From a virus (taxonomy: Duplodnaviria; Heunggongvirae; Uroviricota; Caudoviricetes), in the IMG/VR virus record IMGVR_UViG_3300032167_000002, positions 24,286 through 88,285 of that record: DNA of 64,000 bases. One strand, written 5' to 3'. Shown one piece after another: positions 1 to 9,371 of this stretch. The notes under the pieces are model-generated. The model made no database searches, was not told the DNA's origin, and saw nothing but the letters and a program-made list of their open reading frames with translations. The first letter of the stretch is position 1. Every line of letters starts with the position of its first letter. A program made the translations under genes and the position numbers.

Positions 1-172
1 CAGCATCGAACTTGCAAGAACCAGTCTCGAAAGTCTCCTTGATAGCCTCGAACATCTCTCTCTTAGTAATCTTTTCCATAATTTGCACCTATACCTTTCA
101 AAAATTTATTTATTTCGTAAGGCTTTCTTTCTTTACCTTACATATATATTATATCATATTTTTTTGAAAAAA

Positions 173-1888
173 TCAATAGACGATTTTCCCGAGTAGGTCA
201 ATACGCTCTTCATCGCTCTTTGTGGCTTGCATTTGCTTTAGCCACTCGATGGTGCGTCGACTCAAATTGCCGGCATTGAAGCCGTCCTCAGTAACATTGC
301 GGATGTCAAATGCTTGGCGTCTATTACCCCAGCTATCTCTAACATCATACAACTGACCGAATAGAGGTTCATACTCTTCCGGATGGTTCAAACAATCTTC
401 ACAGATAGATACATAGAAGTTGTAATTAAATCCATCACGAATTTCTTCGTTTTCAGTATCTGCAAACTGAAGATAAATGTGTGCAACGCAATCATTTCTA
501 TGATGGTCGCCGCAAACCTCACATTCACTCAGTTCATTGTGGTAACACCAGTCGCAGGCGATATAATCGTCGTCAACTGTATAGGACTCATCATATGAGC
601 TGTGCCAGTCGCCGCAGAAATCGCAACGCCAGTGTCCGTCACACGCTCTGCACTGTACAACATGAGCATCGACCTCGTCAAGCTCAATAATATCGCCGCA
701 GCCAGTGCAAACTGCAGGTCCAGAGAAGTTGCAAGAATAATGGTCATCATCTTCAATCTTCTGGTCTGCCACATATGCTAAACGATAATCATAGACATCA
801 TTGTACATATAATTACAGTAGAAGTTGAAACGAATGTGTTTATCCTTGACAGTGTTCCAGCTGTCATTTTTCAGCTGAATAGTTTCTTCGGGATAAGGTC
901 CATATCCCGGAATCTGAGTCATCAAATCTCGAATCCATCTAATCGCTACACCCTGCAAATCATCGCTGATGTAAGGATACTGACGATTTCCAAGAATGAC
1001 TTCTCTTGTTACGATGTAAAGCTGACGCCAACGCTTACTATTCCAGTTACCGCCGGGAGTCCACATAGGCTCCTTGGACTCAACATATGCCACGATGACA
1101 CAAGGAGAGTTCATCATTTCGATGGTTCCCAGTCTGTAATCGCCAGGTTCGTCCATCCAGCTCATACAAGAGGTCCAGCCGCAGTTGTTATCACTCATAG
1201 TGATAAAATCAAGCGGGTGAATAGACAGGCAAAGATTACCTTTAATCTGCTTCTGGTTTAGAACTTGAGAATGTGCCTGTCGGAACAGCTCATATCCAGA
1301 AGACTTTTCTAACGGCCCGCAGCACTCTGTTTCGCCATCAGTGTAGTAGCAGCCACAACCGCTGCAGTACATGATGGGGAGTTCTACATTAAGAGCCGCC
1401 GCAATCTTACCAAGCATTTTAACAGCTTTGCAGTTAGCATTAACCACAAGAGGTCGTCCATCCTTAGTAAACTTGCCAGGGATTGTGAAACCAGGACCGG
1501 GATAAATATTGTCAACCAACATATCCCAATCTTCAACAAAGGACTTGAGGCGATAAGTCATATCAATATCGCCCATCTCGTTGCCGATATGTCGAGCAGC
1601 ATCCTTATAGGCAGAAATAAAGTTACGAATCATCTGGTGTCCGTTGTTTAAAGCGGAATACATATCATTGGACAGTTCATCTTTTGGCTTAACTAAACGA
1701 ACTTCCTTTTTTACGATAAACTGCTCTCCGAACGCCCGGAAGAACGGTTCTTTATTTTCGTCCCAAAAACGAAGGAAATATCCCATTTTGTCTAACGGAA
1801 GAGTTCCGTTACCTTCATCACCGTAGTGAGAAATATAAGACTTAAATTGTGACTTATCTTCGTCCGGGAGCCTTTCAAATATACTCAT
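173..1888 (-). CDS. Hypothetical phage protein with C-terminal Cys-rich (zinc-ribbon) repeats, 571 aa
   Basis: Long ORF with SD; multiple CxxC pairs (CTGC, CRAC, CDFC, CDWC, CEVC, CEDC). Confidence 0.8.
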   Translation of the reverse strand: MSIFERLPDEDKSQFKSYISHYGDEGNGTLPLDKMGYFLRFWDENKEPFFRAFGEQFIVKKEVRLVKPKDELSNDMYSALNNGHQMIRNFISAYKDAARHIGNEMGDIDMTYRLKSFVEDWDMLVDNIYPGPGFTIPGKFTKDGRPLVVNANCKAVKMLGKIAAALNVELPIMYCSGCGCYYTDGETECCGPLEKSSGYELFRQAHSQVLNQKQIKGNLCLSIHPLDFITMSDNNCGWTSCMSWMDEPGDYRLGTIEMMNSPCVIVAYVESKEPMWTPGGNWNSKRWRQLYIVTREVILGNRQYPYISDDLQGVAIRWIRDLMTQIPGYGPYPEETIQLKNDSWNTVKDKHIRFNFYCNYMYNDVYDYRLAYVADQKIEDDDHYSCNFSGPAVCTGCGDIIELDEVDAHVVQCRACDGHWRCDFCGDWHSSYDESYTVDDDYIACDWCYHNELSECEVCGDHHRNDCVAHIYLQFADTENEEIRDGFNYNFYVSICEDCLNHPEEYEPLFGQLYDVRDSWGNRRQAFDIRNVTEDGFNAGNLSRRTIEWLKQMQATKSDEERIDLLGKIVY

Positions 1889-1996
1889 ATCGGCTACCTC
1901 TCATCTCTTTCTTTATCTTACATATATATTATAACATATTTTTTATAAAAAATCAAGAAAGATTTTTATCTCCCACGAGGGGAGCCCTAAGGCTCC

Positions 1997-3286
1997 TTAC
2001 TCGTGATGCTCACCGCAGTGGCACTCATGAGCACCAGCGGGCTTATTAGCGTTCATCATCAGCATAAAGGGAAGCATATCACCCATCTTACTGTCACCGC
2101 TCATCAGAGCATACATCATCAGAGGGTTGGACATATCGATGTTGCCACCATTAGCCATCAGCATCAGAGGCAGCATATCCTTCACACCATTGCCATCCTC
2201 AGACAGCATCATCATCAGACCCAGATTACCAAAGGGATTATTGGCATCTGCATTGAAAGCATTGCCCAGGAAGTTGACAACCTTGGTAACGAAATTGAAG
2301 CCGAAGGGGCTCTTAGTCAGCATAATCTCCTTACGCTCGCCAGAAACAGGGTCGACTGCAACGACAGCCTTACCGTCCTCAGCCTTGCCAACAACGAACA
2401 TAGGAACGCTCATATGAACGATGATATCGCCAACAGCAACATCATTGATAGCCACAGGCATCTTATACATGAACTTGGAACCCTCGAAGTTGAACACATC
2501 GACGTCCATAATCTCGCCAGCCTTGGCATCATAAGACACCCAAGTACCGACCTTATTTTTCACAGCCATACCGTAAACAGACATACGGACGACATTGTTA
2601 TTCATAGGACCGAAGTCAAAATTGAAACCCTTCATAGTAGAATTCTCCTTTTTATTTTCATATTTATTCAAGACATTCTCAACCTTGGAGGTCAAGTCGT
2701 CCAGTCTTTTATCAAACTCTGCTTTATCGACCTTGGTGTCGATTACGCAAGAAAGTGTGGGACCGGTATCTGCCGCAATAGCAGAAATACCAATGTCTGC
2801 CAGCTTATCTTTTGTGATTGCCAAAGAATGCTTTAGAGCCTCGCCGCAATCAATAGCGATATTTTTTGCAGACTCAATGGCTGCAATATCCAGTTTATAA
2901 TTCTTAACAGGATATACACTACTGGAGGTGCATTGTACCGTTGCATCAATAGGCACCTCGAGTTCATTACTCAAAGGCATATTATAATAATTCCAGTCGT
3001 GGTCATATTCCTTGACATCAATCAGATTTTCAAACAGAAAGTCGCCAAAACTTTCATCACCACGACAAAAGCGATGATATTCATCTTCGTGACCAATAAT
3101 CACGACAAAGGAATCGCCGCACTTTTCAATGATAACTTGAGTTTCATTATCTCTGCTGTATTTCAGCTTTCGCCACATATGGTAATCCATCTTATGAAAC
3201 ACACCATCATAGACGAAATCTTCAAAATCTGATAGATAGCCACAAAAATCCCACCAACTCATATAGAGTTTAGAACCTGTCGGCAT
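1997..3286 (-). CDS. Hypothetical protein, 429 aa, with Met-rich MLPLMLM repeats at the C-terminus
   Basis: Long ORF packed against neighbours; possible internal start at 2635. Confidence 0.75.
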   Translation of the reverse strand: MPTGSKLYMSWWDFCGYLSDFEDFVYDGVFHKMDYHMWRKLKYSRDNETQVIIEKCGDSFVVIIGHEDEYHRFCRGDESFGDFLFENLIDVKEYDHDWNYYNMPLSNELEVPIDATVQCTSSSVYPVKNYKLDIAAIESAKNIAIDCGEALKHSLAITKDKLADIGISAIAADTGPTLSCVIDTKVDKAEFDKRLDDLTSKVENVLNKYENKKENSTMKGFNFDFGPMNNNVVRMSVYGMAVKNKVGTWVSYDAKAGEIMDVDVFNFEGSKFMYKMPVAINDVAVGDIIVHMSVPMFVVGKAEDGKAVVAVDPVSGERKEIMLTKSPFGFNFVTKVVNFLGNAFNADANNPFGNLGLMMMLSEDGNGVKDMLPLMLMANGGNIDMSNPLMMYALMSGDSKMGDMLPFMLMMNANKPAGAHECHCGEHHE

Positions 3287-3599
3287 ATCTTTTACTTACC
3301 TCTCTCTCGATATATTCTATATCATCGGAGGTCAAAGCATCTGGACTTAGACCTACCGCATATAGCAGATTTGCCTGCGTTGCACTGTCATTCGGGTCAT
3401 CAGCTGCCGCAAGCCTTTCAACATAATCATCAATGCAAGTCTGATGATATGCGTAGGCAGAAAATGCCAGATTGTTTATTGAAGTATGTCTGTCCGGTGC
3501 AAACAGACCAAATTCACAATGGCTGTGAACGCCGTGATTATTGTGGTCGCACTCATTATGCTCAGCGCGATGAGCATCACAAAACCAACTCATACGCAT
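3270..3599 (-). CDS. Hypothetical protein
   Basis: Tightly packed ORF with overlapping start/stop junctions. Confidence 0.7.
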   Translation of the reverse strand: MRMSWFCDAHRAEHNECDHNNHGVHSHCEFGLFAPDRHTSINNLAFSAYAYHQTCIDDYVERLAAADDPNDSATQANLLYAVGLSPDALTSDDIEYIEREVSKRYADRF

Positions 3600-3868
3600 T
3601 ACCCCATAGAGAAATGACCCGCTCCGAAGTGTTTGAAGTAATCAAACAGGTTTACTTCGGTGCTTTCGCCGCAGTCTTCGCAATGAGCTTCGAAAGTCAG
3701 CTCCACATAAGGATACTCATCTTTCAGAGCAGTCAGAGCCTCGGCCGCAGCCTTCGCCAGCTCATTGAAACGCTTTTCCTTACGATGCATCTTTTCAAAG
3801 TGGATAGCCTTTTCCAGAGCCTCCAGCTCGTCCCAAGACATATCAATGAAATCTACATTCTTACACAT
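3599..3868 (-). CDS. Hypothetical protein
   Basis: Start set at the ATG behind the GAAAGGATTGATACT leader; CxxC near the C-terminus. Confidence 0.7.
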   Translation of the reverse strand: MCKNVDFIDMSWDELEALEKAIHFEKMHRKEKRFNELAKAAAEALTALKDEYPYVELTFEAHCEDCGESTEVNLFDYFKHFGAGHFSMG

Positions 3869-4033
3869 AGTATCAATCCTTTCAAATGTGATGCGGTTTT
3901 GGATATTATTCTGGCGAGACCGCAAACTCCCAGGGGGATAGGTTTTGTCATTTTGGATTACCTGCCCACAACCTCACTAGCCAGTTTTACGACTCCATCT
4001 GCTGTCGGTCAAGATACAAGACATATTACATAA

Positions 4034-4113
4034 CGTCGCTCTAACCAGTTGAGCTACTGGGCCATGTGGCGACCCAGGCAGGACTCGAACCTGCAACCCC
4101 CGGCGTGACAGGC
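4034..4113 (-). tRNA. tRNA-Asp(GTC)-like gene in circularly permuted order (3' part, CAT linker, 5' part)
   Basis: Minus strand reads GCCTGTCACGCCGGGGGTTGCAGGTTCGAGTCCTGCCTGGGTCGCCA (4113-4067), CAT, then GGCCCAGTAGCTCAACTGGTTAGAGCGACG (4063-4034). The two parts sum to a 77-nt cloverleaf. Confidence 0.75.
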
Positions 4114-4218
4114 AAATTGAAATTGCTGTTAATGTCTTTCTTTATCTTACATATATATTATATCATATTTTTTTATAAAAATCAAAGAGAACTCTTTTCG
4201 CCAGGTGGCTGGCTGTCC

Positions 4219-4935
4219 TTACTTCACCAAAGAACAGCGAGTAAGGACAGTAGTTTCCACATTGCGAATGACCTTATGGTCTTTTACAGTACCCTTAATA
4301 TGACGCTTATCGCCAACTTCCCAACTCTTGGAAGCAGTGCTCCACAGATACTGATTGCCAGCAGCATCAACCATATAGTGAATAGTCTGCTCACCATAGT
4401 AGCCATCACGCTTATGAGCAACGATAACTTCGACCTCAAGGTCAAGTCTTTCACCTACAGTGCCCTGGAAAGTAGAATCGCCCTTGTCATACAGGATAGA
4501 CTCAACCGCAGACTTAACATCTGCATCAGGCTTCAGACAACCTTCTTCTTCACCAACCAGTTCCCACTTTAGCTCAATAGGCTCAAGGCCAGCAGGCAGG
4601 TCGAAAGGAACTGCTTCAGTAGATACAATGTACCAGCCCCACCACTTACAGTATCTTGCGATGGACTTCTGGAACCATTCCAGGTTAGCATATGTATCAC
4701 CCTTGAAGATAGTTACATAGCCATTCTCAAAGCCGAGAACCTGCTTCTGAGTCTTGAAAACTTTTGCAGGAGCATCTACTTTTTCGCCATACATTTTAGC
4801 GTACTCAGCTTCAGTATACCAACGAACCTTACGAACAGTGCCGGACTTTTCATTCTGAACATTTACATACATCTTACCTTTTTCGCAGAAAGGCTCGCCC
4901 AACTGTTTCATACTCTGAAAAGATTTTGCTACCAT
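4219..4935 (-). CDS. Hypothetical protein with probable C-terminal OB-fold
   Basis: GTVGERLDLEVEV...IKGTVKDH...TVLTRC pattern resembles phage OB-fold proteins. Confidence 0.65.
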   Translation of the reverse strand: MVAKSFQSMKQLGEPFCEKGKMYVNVQNEKSGTVRKVRWYTEAEYAKMYGEKVDAPAKVFKTQKQVLGFENGYVTIFKGDTYANLEWFQKSIARYCKWWGWYIVSTEAVPFDLPAGLEPIELKWELVGEEEGCLKPDADVKSAVESILYDKGDSTFQGTVGERLDLEVEVIVAHKRDGYYGEQTIHYMVDAAGNQYLWSTASKSWEVGDKRHIKGTVKDHKVIRNVETTVLTRCSLVK

Positions 4936-4936
4936 A

Positions 4937-5119
4937 TTATTCCTCCTCAATCATAGCTTCACAGACGGGGCAAATCATACCGACGCTGATATAGGGATAA
5001 TCACACTTGTAAATAGGCTCGCCACATTCGGGGCACTCGAAGAACTCTTCATCCCAGTCCACGTAAGCACCGAAATCTCTCTCAACAAAAGTTGCTACAT
5101 ACTGCCAACTCCATACCAT
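4937..5119 (-). CDS. Small zinc-ribbon protein
   Basis: CPECG...CPVC; GAAAGGAAATGATA leader. Confidence 0.7.
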   Translation of the reverse strand: MVWSWQYVATFVERDFGAYVDWDEEFFECPECGEPIYKCDYPYISVGMICPVCEAMIEEE

Positions 5120-5218
5120 ATTTATCATTTCCTTTCTCTTTCACTTTCTATATATATTATATCATATTTTTTTATAAAAATCAAAGAAGCCTACTAGCAT
5201 CTAGTAGGCTTCTTATCT

Positions 5219-5518
5219 TTACCACATTACATCAACGACCACATAGTCGTACTCAGGAAACATATCCCGCAGAAAAGTCTTGATGCAATTTTCCAGACGG
5301 ATGTGGGCTTCATCCTGCCAAGAATGACCCTCATATTCATCAAGCTCGTCAATGTAATATTTGCAGCACACATCGTTCATGTAGAAATTATCAAACATTA
5401 AACGACGAATACCATTGTGCTTTGCTCGAATCTCCTGGATGAATTCAGGTCCATATTGAGCTTCAAGAGCATTTTCTAAATCTCCAACCCAAAAACAGGG
5501 AACGGTTTTATATTTCAT
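5219..5518 (-). CDS. Hypothetical protein
   Basis: Packed ORF followed by a terminator hairpin. Confidence 0.7.
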   Translation of the reverse strand: MKYKTVPCFWVGDLENALEAQYGPEFIQEIRAKHNGIRRLMFDNFYMNDVCCKYYIDELDEYEGHSWQDEAHIRLENCIKTFLRDMFPEYDYVVVDVMW

Positions 5519-5838
5519 TATATACACCCTCCACATTCACCAGGACGGAAGTCCTCGGCTTGAAACGCCAAATAAATGTCGAACAAAGAAGCCGGCAGGT
5601 CATGAACCCAGGGATTCTCCGCAACCCACTCCTCAAATTCTAGACCATCCTCGTAGTTTCCAAACTGTTCGCACATATCGTCATCAAACCACCACTCTTC
5701 ATAAGTGCCGGCAGTGTTCATATGAGAAGTTCGCAGGTCTTCTGGAATCATATGGGAATAATTCACTCCTCCGATGAAGAGTGACCACTCACCAGAGCAA
5801 CGGCAAGGGTATTCGCCAGACCATTTTGCAATTACCAT
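5518..5838 (-). CDS. Hypothetical protein
   Basis: SD AAGGAGG; CRC and CGGC motifs. Confidence 0.7.
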   Translation of the reverse strand: MVIAKWSGEYPCRCSGEWSLFIGGVNYSHMIPEDLRTSHMNTAGTYEEWWFDDDMCEQFGNYEDGLEFEEWVAENPWVHDLPASLFDIYLAFQAEDFRPGECGGCI

Positions 5839-5848
5839 AGAAACCTCC

Positions 5849-6154
5849 TTACTTCACATAAATATCAATATCTTCACCCATAAAACAGTAATTAAACTCT
5901 ATCTTTTTGACAATATATCCATATTGCCAACCATTTAAGTGATGATAAAAGATGTTATTATTATATAGGTCGTAATCAAAACAACGCACAATATTATCAG
6001 AGCCACGATAAATGGTTACTGTTCCCCAAGTTTTTTGATTTTCCCGAAGCCACTTCAGAGCCTCTTCGAGCGTAACAGCATTTTGTTCAATTTCGATATG
6101 ACCAAAACCGCTGCCCATGTCAGACATCTGAGGTCTATCAATTATTCGTTTCAT
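5849..6154 (-). CDS. Hypothetical protein
   Basis: SD GGAGG before the ATG at 6154. Confidence 0.65.
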   Translation of the reverse strand: MKRIIDRPQMSDMGSGFGHIEIEQNAVTLEEALKWLRENQKTWGTVTIYRGSDNIVRCFDYDLYNNNIFYHHLNGWQYGYIVKKIEFNYCFMGEDIDIYVK

Positions 6155-6155
6155 T

Positions 6156-6461
6156 TTAATCCTCCAAATCAAACAACAGTTCTGGCGGGCAACAATACCC
6201 GTATAAACGGTACTTATCATTATACCACTTAGCAGTCTTCCGCAAATCTTGTTCTGCTTCGTTTAATTCCTCGATGGAGATAATGAAATCATGTCCAGTC
6301 TCATACTGGTCTTTGATGCGGCGATATTTAATCCATTTCTCAATGATAATCTTCTTATCTAGCCAAGCCTGCATACGAATTGTATCCATATGCTTAGCGA
6401 AAAGAAATGAACCTAAAAGAATACTCGCCACAACAATAGGGATAATGACTGTCTCCCACAT
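6156..6461 (-). CDS. Hypothetical protein with N-terminal membrane anchor
   Basis: Hydrophobic N-terminus; packed ORF. Confidence 0.65.
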   Translation of the reverse strand: MWETVIIPIVVASILLGSFLFAKHMDTIRMQAWLDKKIIIEKWIKYRRIKDQYETGHDFIISIEELNEAEQDLRKTAKWYNDKYRLYGYCCPPELLFDLED

Positions 6462-6751
6462 TAGAACATCCCCCTCGTACCATTTACAAGGAATTTCATC
6501 ATATCACACAGCTCAGATTGCTTTTTCATTTTCTCCAGAACTTCATCGGGAGTTGCCGCACCCTCTGTGAGATAAGTAATGGCCTCCCGCAAACTCTGAT
6601 TTTCGCATTCATATGCCAACATTTCCTGCTCCTGGGCAGCTATAATGGCTTGAGATTGATTATATTTCATACGCCACTCTTCAGCCTCGTGACGTAGCTT
6701 AGCTCGTTCTCTGTCCCAGGCTAAGTCTTTCGCAGTTTTTTGATATGCCAT
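6461..6751 (-). CDS. Hypothetical coiled-coil protein
   Basis: SD GGAGG; packed ORF. Confidence 0.65.
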   Translation of the reverse strand: MAYQKTAKDLAWDRERAKLRHEAEEWRMKYNQSQAIIAAQEQEMLAYECENQSLREAITYLTEGAATPDEVLEKMKKQSELCDMMKFLVNGTRGMF

Positions 6752-6760
6752 ACTTCCTCC

Positions 6761-7078
6761 TTACCACCACAGACGATTGGCAGAATTCCAAAACAGTTCA
6801 AAAATCAAATCGCCAATCATATTTTCGGGAAGACGACCATAACCAGTCATATAGTCAAACATAGAATTGACTTCTTCCTCTTCAAAATCTGCCAGACCGC
6901 CTTCCCATTCATCAACGATGGCAAACATCTTAACTTCAACCTGGCAATCGTGAGGCTTAGACAGGAAGTCTACCAGCTCCTTACAGGTACTAAACACAGT
7001 ACCATCCTCACAGCGGAAGCAAGGAGAGTGATTATCATCATCAAGACCCAGAATTCTCAAATTTTCCATATATATCAA
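6761..7078 (-). CDS. Hypothetical protein
   Basis: First gene behind the 7119-7147 promoter; GAAAGGAATTGAT leader. Confidence 0.65.
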   Translation of the reverse strand: MIYMENLRILGLDDDNHSPCFRCEDGTVFSTCKELVDFLSKPHDCQVEVKMFAIVDEWEGGLADFEEEEVNSMFDYMTGYGRLPENMIGDLIFELFWNSANRLWW

Positions 7079-7179
7079 TTCCTTTCTGAACTTTTCTTAT
7101 CCTTTACTTTCTATAAATATTATATCATATTTTTTTATAAAAATCAATAGACCCTCTGAAAACCAGAGGGTCTATTTTT

Positions 7180-7407
7180 TTACATATATTTAAAATACAT
7201 TTGGCAGACTTTACATTCTAATCGGTCCAATTCTCTTTGAACCTTTTCAATATTTTCTTTTGATACTGCGACATAATTATCGCTATAATGTTGATTAAAA
7301 TATCCCATTGCAACAATAGTGTCATCCACCCAGTCATGAATAGTTGCAGAACTCATGCCGCTAGCAAGCGCTTTTCTCAGCGCATTTACATTAATAATAT
7401 TCTCCAT
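7180..7407 (-). CDS. Hypothetical protein
   Basis: Has its own promoter (7463-7491), SD AAGGAG and terminator. Confidence 0.65.
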   Translation of the reverse strand: MENIINVNALRKALASGMSSATIHDWVDDTIVAMGYFNQHYSDNYVAVSKENIEKVQRELDRLECKVCQMYFKYM

Positions 7408-7681
7408 TTAAAATACTCCTTTATTAAAATTGTTTTTCGGTTTGGCCTCACCCTGTATTATTATTATACAAAAATTTTTTCAGAAAATCAACGGATGGAT
7501 GCGACCAACCGTACGACTTTTCCAGTGAACGGCACGCGGACAGTTTTAATGAACGGCTCCCGGACACATCTTAATTTTTATATGCTATGGAGCTTGCCCT
7601 CAACCGCACGCATCCGACAGTTGATTTTGGTTTAAAATTTTGGTATAATAAAAGTAAGAAAGTATAAAGGAGGGAAGAAAT

Positions 7682-8275
7682 ATGATAAAGTCTATCATGG
7701 CCGGCTTTATGATTACTCTCGCCGCAGCCATTTACTTAATCGTAGGTGGAGCGTTGGGTGCTTTCATGTTCTCTATTGGTCTGTTGACAATCTTATTTTT
7801 CCAATTCAATTTATTTACCGGCAAAGCCGGTCTGCTAGCGCAGCGCCAGATTAAACCTTTGTCTCTCGCCACGATATGGATTGGCAACCTAATTGGCTGT
7901 GCGTTATGCTCACTCTTGCTTTTGGCAACTCCACTGGGGGCATCTCTCACAACAGGGGCAGCCGCAATCACTCTGACAAGAATTTCCAATTTGTGGTTTG
8001 AAAATATTATTCTCGGTGTATTCTGTGGTATTCTTATGTATATCGGAGTGAAACAGTATCCAACGGCGCCATATGTTACGATTCTTTCTGTTGCATCGTT
8101 CATACTCTTGGGCGCAAACCATTGTGTCGCGGATATGGCATATATGTTTTTAGCCGCGGACACCAAGATATTACTCCCAGCATCCGCGGCTCTTTTATTT
8201 ACAACAGCCGGGAATGTTATCGGCTGTAATTTAATTCCTTATTCGCAGTAGCAATCTGCGTCATCGTCGTCATAA
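7682..8275 (+). CDS. Formate/nitrite transporter (FNT) family channel
   Basis: Multi-TM protein with LFTG and G(A)NHCVADM motifs typical of FocA/NirC. Own promoter at 7621-7649. Ends at TAG 8249-8251 in code 11 and at TAA 8273-8275 in code 15. Confidence 0.8.
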
Positions 8276-8610
8276 TCATCATCATAACCGTCGTAATCAT
8301 CGGGGAAGTCGTCGGCTACGGGGACTACGTGATAAGTAATCCAACCTTCGATTTCCTCGGTTAATGCGATGTCGACATCTTCGGGGTCAACCTGTTCGAT
8401 ATCTCCATCGTATTCATCGTCGGCAATGGTTTGACGCATAGAATCCCAGGTATAGAGTCCGTGGTAACCACCGTAAGACTCATATTCCTCAATGGCAACC
8501 TCGCGAGCATATGTTTCAGCTTCAGCCTGGCTGCCGCACTCATAGACTTCACAGAAGTGTGAGCCTCCAAAACCACCAGACAAGCCGGCATAAATTTTAA
8601 ACTTCGGCAT
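8239..8610 (-). CDS. Hypothetical acidic protein
   Basis: Packed ORF with Asp-rich tail; converges on and overlaps the FNT gene. Confidence 0.7.
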   Translation of the reverse strand: MPKFKIYAGLSGGFGGSHFCEVYECGSQAEAETYAREVAIEEYESYGGYHGLYTWDSMRQTIADDEYDGDIEQVDPEDVDIALTEEIEGWITYHVVPVADDFPDDYDGYDDDYDDDDADCYCE

Positions 8611-8950
8611 TTTCTACCTTCCTTCCTACGAGGTGGCAGTCTCGCCGCACACACTCGATTATCACTTTTTCAAGAGTATCTAAACCAGTATCTGGTTCAA
8701 ATGCGGTTAGCCAAACGGGACAGCTGCCGCAGTAGTTACAAGGATAGGTGTCCTTGTGGTCTTGCATGGTCATATACGGCGTATGGACCGCCGCATAGTT
8801 TGCACAGAAAGCCATTCCCCATTGTGCGGAGGCCGCATGAGCCTCCGTACATTCAAGGGCTTTCTTCCATTCTTCACTCCCGAGACATTTGAGCATTTGA
8901 CTCATAAACTCGTCTCGGTCGACATAGATTTTAGTCGTAGACTGGCTCAT
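8597..8950 (-). CDS. Hypothetical protein
   Basis: Packed ORF. Confidence 0.65.
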   Translation of the reverse strand: MSQSTTKIYVDRDEFMSQMLKCLGSEEWKKALECTEAHAASAQWGMAFCANYAAVHTPYMTMQDHKDTYPCNYCGSCPVWLTAFEPDTGLDTLEKVIIECVRRDCHLVGRKVENAEV

Positions 8951-9371
8951 AACTTACACCGCGGAAGTAGAACTCAATAGGACCCATGTTCTCAGACCAG
9001 TTCTTGGGGAAGAGAGTGCCGAACATAAAGTCTTCCTGTACAACAGCCAATCTGTCATACTCAGCATTAAAGTCTTCAATCTTCTCGTAGTGGCCGAAGC
9101 GCACCTGCTCATTGTCGCAATTACTTACGACTTCATGGTACAGCATAATGTCATCATACTGTGCCTGCAGGTTACTTACTTCATTGTGGTAGATACCGCC
9201 GAGTACCATGCAGAAAGTGATGAGGGCTGCGCAGATAGCTACGCCGACATAAATGGTTTTACGGTAGGCCTTGGTCTTGAGACGCCCAAACACGCCACCC
9301 AGCAAAATGGCTGCAGCGGTTATAATGAGGGCAATGAGCAGAATCCAGACAATCATTACTTGTTCCTCCAA
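8931..9371 (-). CDS. Hypothetical membrane protein
   Basis: Two N-terminal hydrophobic helices. Confidence 0.7.
   Translation of the reverse strand: MEEQVMIVWILLIALIITAAAILLGGVFGRLKTKAYRKTIYVGVAICAALITFCMVLGGIYHNEVSNLQAQYDDIMLYHEVVSNCDNEQVRFGHYEKIEDFNAEYDRLAVVQEDFMFGTLFPKNWSENMGPIEFYFRGVSYEPVYD

Noticed and set aside
3950-4000. ZTP (pfl) riboswitch, suggested by AGTCGTAAAACTGGC and folD in the genome
   Set aside because: The similarity is only partial, the 3' pseudoknot element is not evident, and the downstream gene is unrelated.
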